From: Alphaproteobacteria bacterium
GTDB lineage: Bacteria > Pseudomonadota > Alphaproteobacteria > UBA2136 > JAPKEQ01
NCBI GenBank assembly: GCA_028821995.1
Contig: JAPKEQ010000001.1
Span: 5,620 to 69,619 of the forward strand
Length of the DNA stretch: 64,000 bases
Direction: 5' to 3'
The stretch's first letter is position 1; every line of letters starts with the position of its first letter. Positions 54,992-64,000 of this stretch are shown piece by piece. A model generated the notes under the pieces. It was not told the DNA's origin, searched no databases, and saw only the letters and a list, made by a program, of their open reading frames with translations. The position numbers and the translations under genes were made by a program.

Positions 54992-56111
54992 ACTTGCCCT
55001 AACAGCTTGTGCTATTACTGTTGTGACGCCAAGCCATGGCCAAACTATTTCTTGGCCAGATACATTTACAGGCCAGCCAGATTTTGAGTTTACGCGCACA
55101 GATATTGTAAAAGAAATTCAAGAAAAAAGACCTGAATCATTCTCAATATTAACAGGAAACCTTGATCGATCTCTCAGTACACAAGGGGTTAACCCCTTTT
55201 CCCCTAAAACATCTCAAAACCTTATTGAGATATATAGTAGATATAACGAGAACGAATCTATTGCTATTGAGCGCAAGAAAAATCCGGTTCCGCAAGCATA
55301 CGTAGGCTCTAGGCATCAAATTTTCCTTAGAACAGGTGAAACCTCTGGCGCTAATATTATTTTAAAGGATGGAGAGGTCTTTGCCATGCTATCTAGCGGC
55401 AAAATTCTCCCTATTGAGCTCGCACCCAACAATACCATTGTGGAATACGTGGCTACAACACAGATTTCAAAAGAAGAAATTATTGACCAAAAATTCCAAG
55501 ATCTTTTTGCTGGAAAACGCCTGTTTTCTGATACATCTGTAAATTTAGAAGAAGTTGATAGCAGACTTGCAGGTCTACAAACATATCAAGCAGATGGACA
55601 ACTGCCTGATTTTTATACAGATTCTCAAGGACGCCTTGCTCCCACAGAGTTCAAGCGCTTTTTAGAGAGGCTTTTACGCCAAACGCTACAAAAAGAGCAA
55701 AAAAACCTTGGCTTACAAGATTTCTCTCAAGATATTAAAAAGATCAAAATTGACAGTATTGTAACCTCACCATTTAAGTATGCTGTACTAGACGGTGAAA
55801 AATACAGCGAAAAGGAACGATTTTTCCTTTCTGTTCAAAGGCCTCAAGGACAAAACACTAACTTTAGAGCCATTGTAGAGCAATACATACCCCCTAAAGA
55901 TTCTATGGATGCGGGCATGCACCAATCTTTCTTAAATGAAGCCAATGGTGTTATTGAGCAATACGAAAGAGAGCTTGGCATAGAAGCAGGCACTGCGACT
56001 CGTATGGCAACCCATAAGATAGGGGTAACAGTAAAAGAAATTGGCCACAGAAAAGTTATTTTAACAATTGGTGACAGGGATTACCCGCTTAAAATTAACT
56101 TGGCTCTATAA
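54966..56111 (+). CDS. Exported hypothetical protein in the pilus operon
   Basis: Signal peptide; NPF motif and KYAVLDG...VKEIGHRKVIL beta pattern reminiscent of PilP/GspC-like domains. Confidence 0.6.
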   Translation: MFITHARFKLALTACAITVVTPSHGQTISWPDTFTGQPDFEFTRTDIVKEIQEKRPESFSILTGNLDRSLSTQGVNPFSPKTSQNLIEIYSRYNENESIAIERKKNPVPQAYVGSRHQIFLRTGETSGANIILKDGEVFAMLSSGKILPIELAPNNTIVEYVATTQISKEEIIDQKFQDLFAGKRLFSDTSVNLEEVDSRLAGLQTYQADGQLPDFYTDSQGRLAPTEFKRFLERLLRQTLQKEQKNLGLQDFSQDIKKIKIDSIVTSPFKYAVLDGEKYSEKERFFLSVQRPQGQNTNFRAIVEQYIPPKDSMDAGMHQSFLNEANGVIEQYERELGIEAGTATRMATHKIGVTVKEIGHRKVILTIGDRDYPLKINLAL

Positions 56112-56114
56112 GAG

Positions 56115-56873
56115 ATGATGAAAGCAAAGCAAAGAAAACAAATGAAAATATTATGTCAAAAGGGTGGCTTTTCGCCATTCATGTTTGGCGTTCTGGCTGC
56201 GCTCTCTATTTTTAGTACCATGCTTGCTCAATGGGCAAAAGAAGACCTAAAACAGCTACAAAGCGAAAAATTAAAACGCCAGCAAGCACACTCTGAAGAT
56301 ATTAAAGAAGCCATTGAAATAGCCATCCTTTCAGAGAACAGCAACGTAGCTGGAAATAATTACAGCCAAACTTATGATATTGGCCGCGCACAAGGGTTTC
56401 TTTCATCCTCAAACAACACGACGCGCGGTGGAGCTGCCATTCAAATGCAAGAAGTTGATAGTAGTCAGGTTCAAGATATTCAAAACAAACGTATTGCAAT
56501 CAGCTCATCAGATGACACATTTCTGCGTACTGACGTGGCAGGGCTTGCAAACGAAGATGCTATAGCAGCTTATGACAGCGGCCTTGATGGCGCTATGGCA
56601 ACAGTAGATACAGAAGCTTTACGTAACCAGCAAGTAAAGCACTCAAGGCAACTCTTAGAAAAAGAAGCAAGCTTGCTTTATACATTCTTTACAGAAAACA
56701 GCAGGTTTCCCGCCAATCAAGGCGAGTACGATACTGATATAAACGCATTAACAAATTACAAAGATACCTGGGGAAATGACTTTACCTACACCTATGCAAG
56801 CGATACCGAAGCAACATTAGGTTTTACCACACCGTGGGGGAAAAGCTTTAACGTTCGTGTGGATATGAACTAA
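56115..56873 (+). CDS. Minor pilin-like protein
   Basis: QKGG-FSPFMFGVLAAL class III-like N-terminus; DTWGNDFTY GspG-like motif. Confidence 0.7.
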   Translation: MMKAKQRKQMKILCQKGGFSPFMFGVLAALSIFSTMLAQWAKEDLKQLQSEKLKRQQAHSEDIKEAIEIAILSENSNVAGNNYSQTYDIGRAQGFLSSSNNTTRGGAAIQMQEVDSSQVQDIQNKRIAISSSDDTFLRTDVAGLANEDAIAAYDSGLDGAMATVDTEALRNQQVKHSRQLLEKEASLLYTFFTENSRFPANQGEYDTDINALTNYKDTWGNDFTYTYASDTEATLGFTTPWGKSFNVRVDMN

Positions 56874-56893
56874 GAAAAACAAAGGAAAATAAT

Positions 56894-57802
56894 ATGATAC
56901 GTGCCATTGCAAAACGCTTAAAAAGCCAAACAGGTGCTGTTTTTGGTATGGATGCCCGTGTGGCACTTATTATTGCAAGTATTATGGCTGCAACAGGTGG
57001 TGTAACCGTACTTTCTCGTGTTGAACGTAATAAAAACGATGCTGCTGAACGCGGTATTGATTTACTTGTGAACGCCAACCTGAAGTACTACATCACAACA
57101 GGTATTAATACCATATCTCCTGATATTGCGACCCTATTTACATCTGGCGTTATGGAAGAAACATACCTCCAACAAGACCCGTGGGGCAACAACTGGAACT
57201 ATGTGATTGGCTCTACAAATATTGAAATTGAAGATGTGCCTGTCACCATGTGGTACGGTACTATTCATACAAGCGGTAAAGATGGCACAGATGACTCTGT
57301 AGCTATTGCATCTTATGCGAACTGGCAAGTATGGGAAGCCGCAGGTGATGATATTGGTATCAAATTTTCAACCACATCTATTGAAAAAGATCGCGTGGAG
57401 CTTTACAGAAAGCAAGGCCAAGAGATTTCTGACCGTCTCGCAGCTGTAGAAGCTGCATGGTACCTTGATGCAGATGGCGCTTGCACTGGCCCTGCGTGGT
57501 GTACAAGTGGTGGTAAATCTTACACAAACTTTAGTTACTATCCAATTTCTAGCCTTGATGCCAATGTCAACGTACAATATTTTGATGCTGTTTGTACCGA
57601 CACTGATATTGCAGGAACAACCAGCGCCTGTAATGATGTGACATACATAAGCGGGAACCAAGGCTCAATGGAAGCGCTATTAAACTTGCTTAACCTGCCC
57701 ATTAGCTATGCAACAGACCCTTGGAATCGCACTTTAAGGTATAACTCAAACCTAACAGACCGCGAAGATCCACCATTTAGCGCTCAGGTTTGGTATCAAT
57801 AA
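56894..57802 (+). CDS. Pilin-like protein, second FGxDAR member
   Basis: KSQTGA-VFGMDARVALII; two DPW motifs. Confidence 0.75.
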   Translation: MIRAIAKRLKSQTGAVFGMDARVALIIASIMAATGGVTVLSRVERNKNDAAERGIDLLVNANLKYYITTGINTISPDIATLFTSGVMEETYLQQDPWGNNWNYVIGSTNIEIEDVPVTMWYGTIHTSGKDGTDDSVAIASYANWQVWEAAGDDIGIKFSTTSIEKDRVELYRKQGQEISDRLAAVEAAWYLDADGACTGPAWCTSGGKSYTNFSYYPISSLDANVNVQYFDAVCTDTDIAGTTSACNDVTYISGNQGSMEALLNLLNLPISYATDPWNRTLRYNSNLTDREDPPFSAQVWYQ

Positions 57803-57805
57803 ACA

Positions 57806-58417
57806 GTGTTTGCATTTGAAAGACAGTTTCTCACAGAGGATGATATTTCTGAGGGGTTAATCCCAGAAAAGTTCCATATTATCCTTACAGGGCTGTTTTT
57901 TCTTATCTTTGGTGCACTGAGCCTTGCAAGCATAGCAACAGCAATGGAGTGCCTTTTTTGGGGGATAACAAGCCTTGTTTTAGCAAGGCTTATTGCCCTA
58001 GACCTTACAAACCATACACTTCCCAACATTTATATTGCTCCTCTATGTTGCTTTGCACTTATTGGGAGCCTTACAGGCATGCTTCCAATCACATGGCAAG
58101 ATGCTCTCTTTGGCGGAGCTATCGCATTCTCAAGCGTTCTTGCTCTTAGTTTTCTTATTGAATTTTTATTAAAATCTGCCTTTCTTGGCGGAGGAGATAT
58201 AAAATTCATAGGCGCATCAGGCCTTTGGCTAGGTTGGGGGCTTTTACCTTTTTACATGATGGTTGCCTGCTTTTTCACAATTATCATTTCTTTCCTCCCC
58301 AGTAAAAACAATCATATCGCCTTTGGCCCAGGGCTTTGCTTCTCTTTATGGCTGTTTTTGCATCAAAAAACTTACTTGATGGTCTTGATAAACAAGGCAT
58401 TTGCCTTTATATCTTGA
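57806..58417 (+). CDS. A24 prepilin peptidase (peptidase domain only)
   Basis: LDLTNHTLPN, GGGDIKF catalytic Asp pair, AFGPGL. Confidence 0.88.
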   Translation: MFAFERQFLTEDDISEGLIPEKFHIILTGLFFLIFGALSLASIATAMECLFWGITSLVLARLIALDLTNHTLPNIYIAPLCCFALIGSLTGMLPITWQDALFGGAIAFSSVLALSFLIEFLLKSAFLGGGDIKFIGASGLWLGWGLLPFYMMVACFFTIIISFLPSKNNHIAFGPGLCFSLWLFLHQKTYLMVLINKAFAFIS

Positions 58418-58420
58418 AGT

Positions 58421-58966
58421 ATGACCGAAATATGTGCCCATCCAGACTGCGAGCTTGAAGGAACTTTTCCTGCCCCTAGAGACCCTAGCAACATATCTGC
58501 GCGCCAATATTTCTGCGAAAAACACATCAAAGAATTCAATAAAAACTGGAACGGCCTTAAAGGCTTTAGCAGTGACGACCTTTACACCTTACAGTCTGGT
58601 GCCACATGGGGACGTCCAACGTGGAAAATGGGTGTAAACACAGAATCCTACAAAAAGGCAACCCTTGCAGCTGACAAGAATTACAAAAACCCATACACCC
58701 TATTTGGTGATATGGATGAGGACCAAGCAACCACTACATTTACGCCTAAAATGCCAAAAAAAATTACTGAAGCCTGCGAAACATTAGGCATAGAGCCACC
58801 ACTCACGCCTCATATTATTAAAAAGCGCTTCACAGTTCTTGCTAAGAAATTTCACCCAGATATTTATACGGGGGATGATGCTGCCGAACGTATGGGTATT
58901 ATTAATGATGCCTATACAACGCTTAAAGACTACCTTAAACGCCAAGAAGCAGAAGCTAAAGGCTAA
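58421..58966 (+). CDS. J-domain protein (alphaproteobacterial type)
   Basis: C..PDC...G.FPAP, FCEKHIKEFNKNWN, GRPTW, HPD. Confidence 0.88.
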   Translation: MTEICAHPDCELEGTFPAPRDPSNISARQYFCEKHIKEFNKNWNGLKGFSSDDLYTLQSGATWGRPTWKMGVNTESYKKATLAADKNYKNPYTLFGDMDEDQATTTFTPKMPKKITEACETLGIEPPLTPHIIKKRFTVLAKKFHPDIYTGDDAAERMGIINDAYTTLKDYLKRQEAEAKG

Positions 58967-59657
58967 AGAAACGCTCTACTGCTGCCATATCTCCGCGCTC
59001 TAAGTAACTTAAAACAACTTGCTGTTTTGTTAAAACTTGCATGCGGTGCTCTTCAACAGCCATACGCTTAACGCAGTAACCATAGGTTTGTGAAAGAAGC
59101 TGCTCTAAAACCTGAGCCAAAACAGCGTTTCCAGACTCCTTTGCAAGAGAAACCCTCCATCCATGTTCTTTTTCCACTAATTTTTCAGGGGAATCCGTCA
59201 AGTAAATCTCATGAGAAATTATAAGATTTAGCAAGTTTCGAGGAGATTTTTTAAGAGGGAGGTAAGCTGTATAAACAAGACCCTTAATGACTCTTAAAGC
59301 ATCTTCATAGTCATTTTCTGCAAGGCCTGAAATCTTCAATGTAGCCGTTTCTGTAGGTATCAGAGGCCGGGAAGCCTTCACGAAAGAGCCGCGCCCTGGA
59401 GAAACATCTAAATATCCATGCGCCCTTAAAATTTGCATAGACTCACGCAAAGTAGATCTGCTTACAGAAAAATACTTACATAACTGATGCTCTGTTGGAA
59501 GCTTGTCCCCAACTTTTAATGCCCCCCTCGCTATCATACCCTTAAAATGTTCTGCCATAGATTCAGAAAGACGCATGCCTGGATTTTCATTTACTGGTTC
59601 CAAGAAAAGATTTTCTGGGGCATTGCCATTCCGTGTAGGAGAGAAGTGCGGTTCCAT
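58956..59657 (-). CDS. GntR/FadR-family regulator
   Basis: GDKLPTEHQL...VSRSTLRE...GRGSFV. Confidence 0.9.
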   Translation of the reverse strand: MEPHFSPTRNGNAPENLFLEPVNENPGMRLSESMAEHFKGMIARGALKVGDKLPTEHQLCKYFSVSRSTLRESMQILRAHGYLDVSPGRGSFVKASRPLIPTETATLKISGLAENDYEDALRVIKGLVYTAYLPLKKSPRNLLNLIISHEIYLTDSPEKLVEKEHGWRVSLAKESGNAVLAQVLEQLLSQTYGYCVKRMAVEEHRMQVLTKQQVVLSYLERGDMAAVERFFSL

Positions 59658-59742
59658 ATAGGCATCCTATTTTTTGTACTACTTTTAATATCTAAATATC
59701 AGACTAGCACAACCTAAAATAGAATTAAACAAAAATATAAAC

Positions 59743-60546
59743 TTATAAAGAAAGCTCCTCTGAGCGATCTCTTGCATGCAAGAGCGCATCAAAAACAATC
59801 CTATCAAACTGATTTTTATTAAAAATGTTCAAAGCAGCCTCTGTTGTCCCCCCTTTACTTGTTACCTCTTCTTTAAGTTGTAAAGGGTATTTTCCGCACT
59901 GCATTTGCTTCACCGCAAGGCCACCTGCCCCCCTTGCTGTCTCGCAAGCAAGCTCTCTTGCAAGATTTTCTGGAAGCCCCAAAGCCTTCCCAGCTTTTAT
60001 CATGTAATCCATAAGAGCAAAGAAGTATGCGGGCCCACTTCCAGATACCGCAGTTACGGCATGCATTTGCGCCTCATCTTGCACCCAAAAAACTTTTCCA
60101 ACAGCTTGCAGAACATCTTCGCAAAAAAGCTTTGTCGCTTCAGGGCAGTTTTTATCACCCACTAAAACGCTCACGCCCATACCAATGGCCGCCGGCGTAT
60201 TGGGCATTGCACGCACTACATGCATGGCATGGCTCACATGCTTAGAAATTGAAACGCGCTCAACGCCTGCCATAATAGAGAGTACAACGCCTTCCGGCTT
60301 CATAATACCTGCAAGGTCCTTGTATATCTTTTCTGCAATTTGCGGCTTTACAGCAAGAATAACCATATCGAATTTTTGCTCAATATCTTTTGCATCCTTA
60401 TATAAGGTTACACCCTCTACAGGGCTACCCTGCTCATAAAAATACGGATCTATCGCTTCAATCTTATAAAGCCCTCTTTTCTCCAGCAAACCACTTGCAA
60501 TGGCTTGCCCCATATTGCCAAACCCAAAAAATAAAATCTTTTTCAT
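59743..60546 (-). CDS. proC: Pyrroline-5-carboxylate reductase
   Basis: GFGNMG, LAVKPQ, RAMPNTP, SGSGPAY, SKGGTT. Confidence 0.97.
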   Translation of the reverse strand: MKKILFFGFGNMGQAIASGLLEKRGLYKIEAIDPYFYEQGSPVEGVTLYKDAKDIEQKFDMVILAVKPQIAEKIYKDLAGIMKPEGVVLSIMAGVERVSISKHVSHAMHVVRAMPNTPAAIGMGVSVLVGDKNCPEATKLFCEDVLQAVGKVFWVQDEAQMHAVTAVSGSGPAYFFALMDYMIKAGKALGLPENLARELACETARGAGGLAVKQMQCGKYPLQLKEEVTSKGGTTEAALNIFNKNQFDRIVFDALLHARDRSEELSL

Positions 60547-60695
60547 ATACCTATTCTTTCTCATATAAACACTCATCAGTGTGCAAACAGAATGATGAAC
60601 TGTCCAGTGTTAATGGTTTTCGCGCAAAACCTCTGTTTTCAAAACATCACTTTTGGGGTACTCTACCCCTAAATTTACGAAGGAAAGAAACGTTT

Positions 60696-61688
60696 ATGTA
60701 TATCGTAACTGGCGCAGCAGGCTTTATTGGCTCTGTCATTGTAGAAGCCCTTAACCGTGAAAAGCCAAACACACCTGTTGTTGTGTGCGACTGGCTAGAT
60801 ACAGATGACCGCTGGAAAAATATCGGTAAACGCGTCGTTCATGATGTTGTTGCCCCAGAAGACCTGGGTAATTTCCTGATTCAAAACGAAAAAGAAATTA
60901 CAGCGATCATCCACATGGGCGCTGATAGCAGCACAACAACAACGGATATGGACGCCATTACTCAAATGAACATCCGCCCGACACTTGATCTGTTTGATTG
61001 GTGTGCAAGACGTAACGTACCTTACATTTACGCCTCTTCAGCTGCTACATATGGTGATGGCAGCAAAGGGTTTGAAGACAACAATGACCTTTCAGAACTT
61101 CTAAAGCTGGCACCACTTAATGGCTACGGCTATAGCAAGCACATGTGCGACAAAGCGATTGTGACACGTAAAAGCCAACCTAAACAGTGGGTCGGCCTCA
61201 AGTTCTTTAACGTGTATGGCCCTAACGAATACCACAAAGAGCGCATGCAAAGTGTTGTGGCGCATTCTTTCCGACAAATTAAAGAAAATGGCAAAGTTGA
61301 GCTGTTTAAATCCTACAAAGAAGGTTTTGACCATGGCGGTCAATCTCGCGACTTTATCTACGTAAAAGATATTGCAAATCTAATCATTTGGTTCCTTGAT
61401 AATCCAAAGGTAAGCGGCATCTTTAACATTGGTACAGGTGAAGCCCGTAGCTTTAAAGACCTTGCACTTGCAACATTTACAGCACTAGATAAAAAGCCAA
61501 ACATTAAATACATCGAAATGCCTGAAGACCTGCAAGGTAAATACCAGTATTATACAGAAGCTGGCATGGACAACCTGCAAAGCGTTTATACAAAAATCAT
61601 GGGTAAAGCGTACAAATTCCATTCACTTGAAGAAGGTGTGACAGATTATGTTCAAAACCACCTTGATCAAGCAGATCCATACCTATAA
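60696..61688 (+). CDS. hldD: ADP-L-glycero-D-manno-heptose 6-epimerase
   Basis: MYIVTGAAGFIGS, YASSAATYG, YGYSK, FNVYGPNEYHK; start at 60696. Confidence 0.96.
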   Translation: MYIVTGAAGFIGSVIVEALNREKPNTPVVVCDWLDTDDRWKNIGKRVVHDVVAPEDLGNFLIQNEKEITAIIHMGADSSTTTTDMDAITQMNIRPTLDLFDWCARRNVPYIYASSAATYGDGSKGFEDNNDLSELLKLAPLNGYGYSKHMCDKAIVTRKSQPKQWVGLKFFNVYGPNEYHKERMQSVVAHSFRQIKENGKVELFKSYKEGFDHGGQSRDFIYVKDIANLIIWFLDNPKVSGIFNIGTGEARSFKDLALATFTALDKKPNIKYIEMPEDLQGKYQYYTEAGMDNLQSVYTKIMGKAYKFHSLEEGVTDYVQNHLDQADPYL

Positions 61689-61702
61689 GGACATCAATAC
61701 AC

Positions 61703-62515
61703 ATGATCCCATTTCCGCATATAGACCCTGTTGCTCTTTATATTGGCCCACTTCCACTCAGATGGTACGGGCTGGCTTATGTGGCAGGTTTTGTTTTAGG
61801 GCTCTATGCTTTTAAACACCTCTGCAACACCATGAAAGGCTCCAAACTCACAAGTAAACATGTAGATGATTACTTTGTATGGATTATTGCCGGCGTTATT
61901 CTTGGCGGTCGGCTTGGGTATGTTCTCTTCTATAATTTTAGTTATTATATAGAGCACCCTATGCAAATTTTACAAACGTGGAATGGGGGCATGTCATTCC
62001 ATGGCGGCGTACTTGGCTGCATTTTAGCTACAGTTCTTTTTGCATGGAAAAAAGGTCTTGAAATCCATCAACTGTCGGATAAACTTGCTGTTGTTGTACC
62101 TATCGGTCTCTTTTTTGGGCGCATTGCGAACTTTATAAACGCAGAGCTATACGGCCGCCCGACAGACCTACCTTGGGGCATGGTTTTCCCAACAGCTGAT
62201 GATCTGCCAAGACACCCCTCCCAGCTATACGAAGCAGGACTAGAAGGCCTTGTTTTGTTTATCATTTTATTTGTAATGGCGCGCAGAAACCCACGCCCTT
62301 GGGCACTCACAGGAACTTTCCTTATGGGCTACGGTATCTTTCGTTTCTTTATTGAGTATGCTCGCATGCCAGATACTCACCTACAAGACGGCATATTTAC
62401 AACAATAACCATGGGGCAAATTTTATGCTTGCCAATGGTTATTTTAGGTGTATACTATTTATTCATACACAGAGGTAGTGCCTCTATTACAACAAAAAAA
62501 CAAACAATTAAATAG
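61703..62515 (+). CDS. lgt: Prolipoprotein diacylglyceryl transferase
   Basis: RWYGLAY, GGMSFHGG, GRIANFINAELYGR, HPSQLYE. Confidence 0.98.
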   Translation: MIPFPHIDPVALYIGPLPLRWYGLAYVAGFVLGLYAFKHLCNTMKGSKLTSKHVDDYFVWIIAGVILGGRLGYVLFYNFSYYIEHPMQILQTWNGGMSFHGGVLGCILATVLFAWKKGLEIHQLSDKLAVVVPIGLFFGRIANFINAELYGRPTDLPWGMVFPTADDLPRHPSQLYEAGLEGLVLFIILFVMARRNPRPWALTGTFLMGYGIFRFFIEYARMPDTHLQDGIFTTITMGQILCLPMVILGVYYLFIHRGSASITTKKQTIK

Positions 62516-62570
62516 GGACGCAAACGCTTTCTGTGGTGAGTGCAATTTGTAAAATGAATAGGCAAGAACC

Positions 62571-63620
62571 ATGATGAAAGATTTGATTATACAGCGCATT
62601 AAGGACCGCGGTCCTCTCAATGTTGCGGATTACATGTCCCTTTGTCTCTACGAGCCCAATCACGGCTACTACATGACACGCGATCCTTTCGGCAATGCAG
62701 GCGATTTTACAACAGCACCTGAGATGACTCAGCTGTTTGGTGAAATGGTGGGCATTTGGGTCATTGATCTATGGCAAAAACTAGGATGTCCAGAACCTTT
62801 CCACCTTGTAGAAGCAGGACCTGGGCGCGGCACACTCATGAAAGATGTTTTACGCACACTTCAAAAAGTGCGTAGCACATGCTACGCAAATGCCAAAGTA
62901 CACCTTGTTGAAATTAGCCCGCACCTTAAATCTATTCAAATGGACACGCTTGACGATCATGATGACGTGGCATGGACAAGCAATATTGAAGATATTGATT
63001 TTGACGCGCCAGTAATCCTTATTGGTAATGAAGTACTAGACGCTTTCCCTGTTCGCCAATTCCAAAAAACGGAAGATGGCTACAAAGAACGCATTATCGA
63101 ACTCAATGAAAATAAGCTTTCTTACGCAACAAGTGATAGGTCTTACACCTTCCATAATACAGATGCAGAGTTTATTGAAACTTACGACGCCATGGAAAAA
63201 TTCCTCCGCAGTGTTAAACGTTCTATTAAAAAAGGCGCAGCTCTCTTTATTGACTACGGGGCAATGAGCGGCCATGCGGATACGCTGCAAGCTCTCTCTA
63301 AACACCAAACCGTTGATGTACTTGATAACCCTGGCGGCGCAGACCTAACAACCCATGTAAACTTTGGCTTTGTCGCTGATATCTTTGGCTCTAACACCCT
63401 TGGCCCAACAGATCTAGGATACTTCCTTACCCAAATGGGGCTGCCGATTCGCGCTGCAACACTTCTGGAAAATACTGAAGGTACAGAACGTGAAAACTTA
63501 CAAGCTGCAATACACAGATTGATACACCCCAGCCAAATGGGAAGCCTCTTTAAAGTCCTTTGCTGGCGCACACAGGGCGTCCCGGACCCAGCAGGTTTTC
63601 AGAATACCTTCTTCCAATAA
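62571..63620 (+). CDS. MidA/NDUFAF7-family SAM-dependent methyltransferase
   Basis: GDFTTAPE, EAGPGRGTLM, NEVLDAFP, ADLTTHV. Confidence 0.93.
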   Translation: MMKDLIIQRIKDRGPLNVADYMSLCLYEPNHGYYMTRDPFGNAGDFTTAPEMTQLFGEMVGIWVIDLWQKLGCPEPFHLVEAGPGRGTLMKDVLRTLQKVRSTCYANAKVHLVEISPHLKSIQMDTLDDHDDVAWTSNIEDIDFDAPVILIGNEVLDAFPVRQFQKTEDGYKERIIELNENKLSYATSDRSYTFHNTDAEFIETYDAMEKFLRSVKRSIKKGAALFIDYGAMSGHADTLQALSKHQTVDVLDNPGGADLTTHVNFGFVADIFGSNTLGPTDLGYFLTQMGLPIRAATLLENTEGTERENLQAAIHRLIHPSQMGSLFKVLCWRTQGVPDPAGFQNTFFQ

Positions 63621-63676
63621 GGAAAGCTTTGTGGCACACTGCCCTCTCAAATAACTGGAGAGAAAGTAGGGTTTTT

Positions 63677-64000
63677 ATGAAGTTTATTGAAGCGGACATT
63701 CCATTTCCATATGCAGATCATGCCTTTGGTACAAAAGAAGGCAGCCATGACAATGTGGAAGAAACAATCCGTGATTACACAGAACTCCTCGGCCCCATCG
63801 CCCATATGCGCCAAGTGCATGGCGATCGTATTGTTTATGCGGGCGAGCCCCGTGTTTATCCTGAAGCAGATGCACTTGTAACTGACCGCCCAGACCTTTG
63901 GCTTGCGGTTAAAACAGCAGACTGCGTGCCCGTGCTTCTCAGCTGTCCGCAAGCTGTTGCGGCAGTTCATTGCGGATGGCGCGGCCTGCAACAAGATATT
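63677..64000 (+). CDS. pgeF: PgeF/YfiH family protein, N-terminal part (runs off window edge)
   Basis: Manual translation: QVHG, ADALVT, TADCVP, HCGWRG. Confidence 0.9.
   Translation, partial: MKFIEADIPFPYADHAFGTKEGSHDNVEETIRDYTELLGPIAHMRQVHGDRIVYAGEPRVYPEADALVTDRPDLWLAVKTADCVPVLLSCPQAVAAVHCGWRGLQQDI

Noticed and set aside
60390..60695. Long N-terminal extension of HldD
   Set aside because: Overlaps proC antisense; the canonical MYIVTG start with a purine-rich SD-like sequence is at 60696

Overview
64-kb chromosomal window of an AT-rich bacterium with alphaproteobacterial-type core synteny (secA/parvulin, bamD-recN-ligA, lgt-midA-pgeF, iscR-sufBCDS-sufT-iscA, cytochrome c2). Core genes: gltX (partial), secA, rpsO, truB, sdhA, rppH, sfsA, map, radC, bolA, grxD, mscS, ligA, recN, bamD, suf operon, fusA-rpsG-rpsL, djlA, proC, hldD, lgt. 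No rRNA, tRNA, CRISPR array, transposase or integrase was recognised. Most notable: (1) about nine unrelated accessory genes, on both strands, are built as stand-alone units with a sigma70-like promoter, a shared pyrimidine-rich leader, a TAA(A)TCGA-like signature at the stop codon and a terminator, and one unit is flanked by an exact 26-bp direct repeat; (2) DnaA boxes and tandem NrdR boxes lie upstream of a candidate ~220-nt structured RNA rather than a ribonucleotide reductase gene; (3) a coupled pair of class III cyclases, one complete and one retaining only the metal-binding aspartates; (4) a secretin-less type IV filament cluster with non-canonical (M/V)FG(L/M)DAR pilins; (5) orphan System II ccsA and orphan atypical sdhA. 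All calls come from motif recognition by eye; no database searches or folding programs were run.
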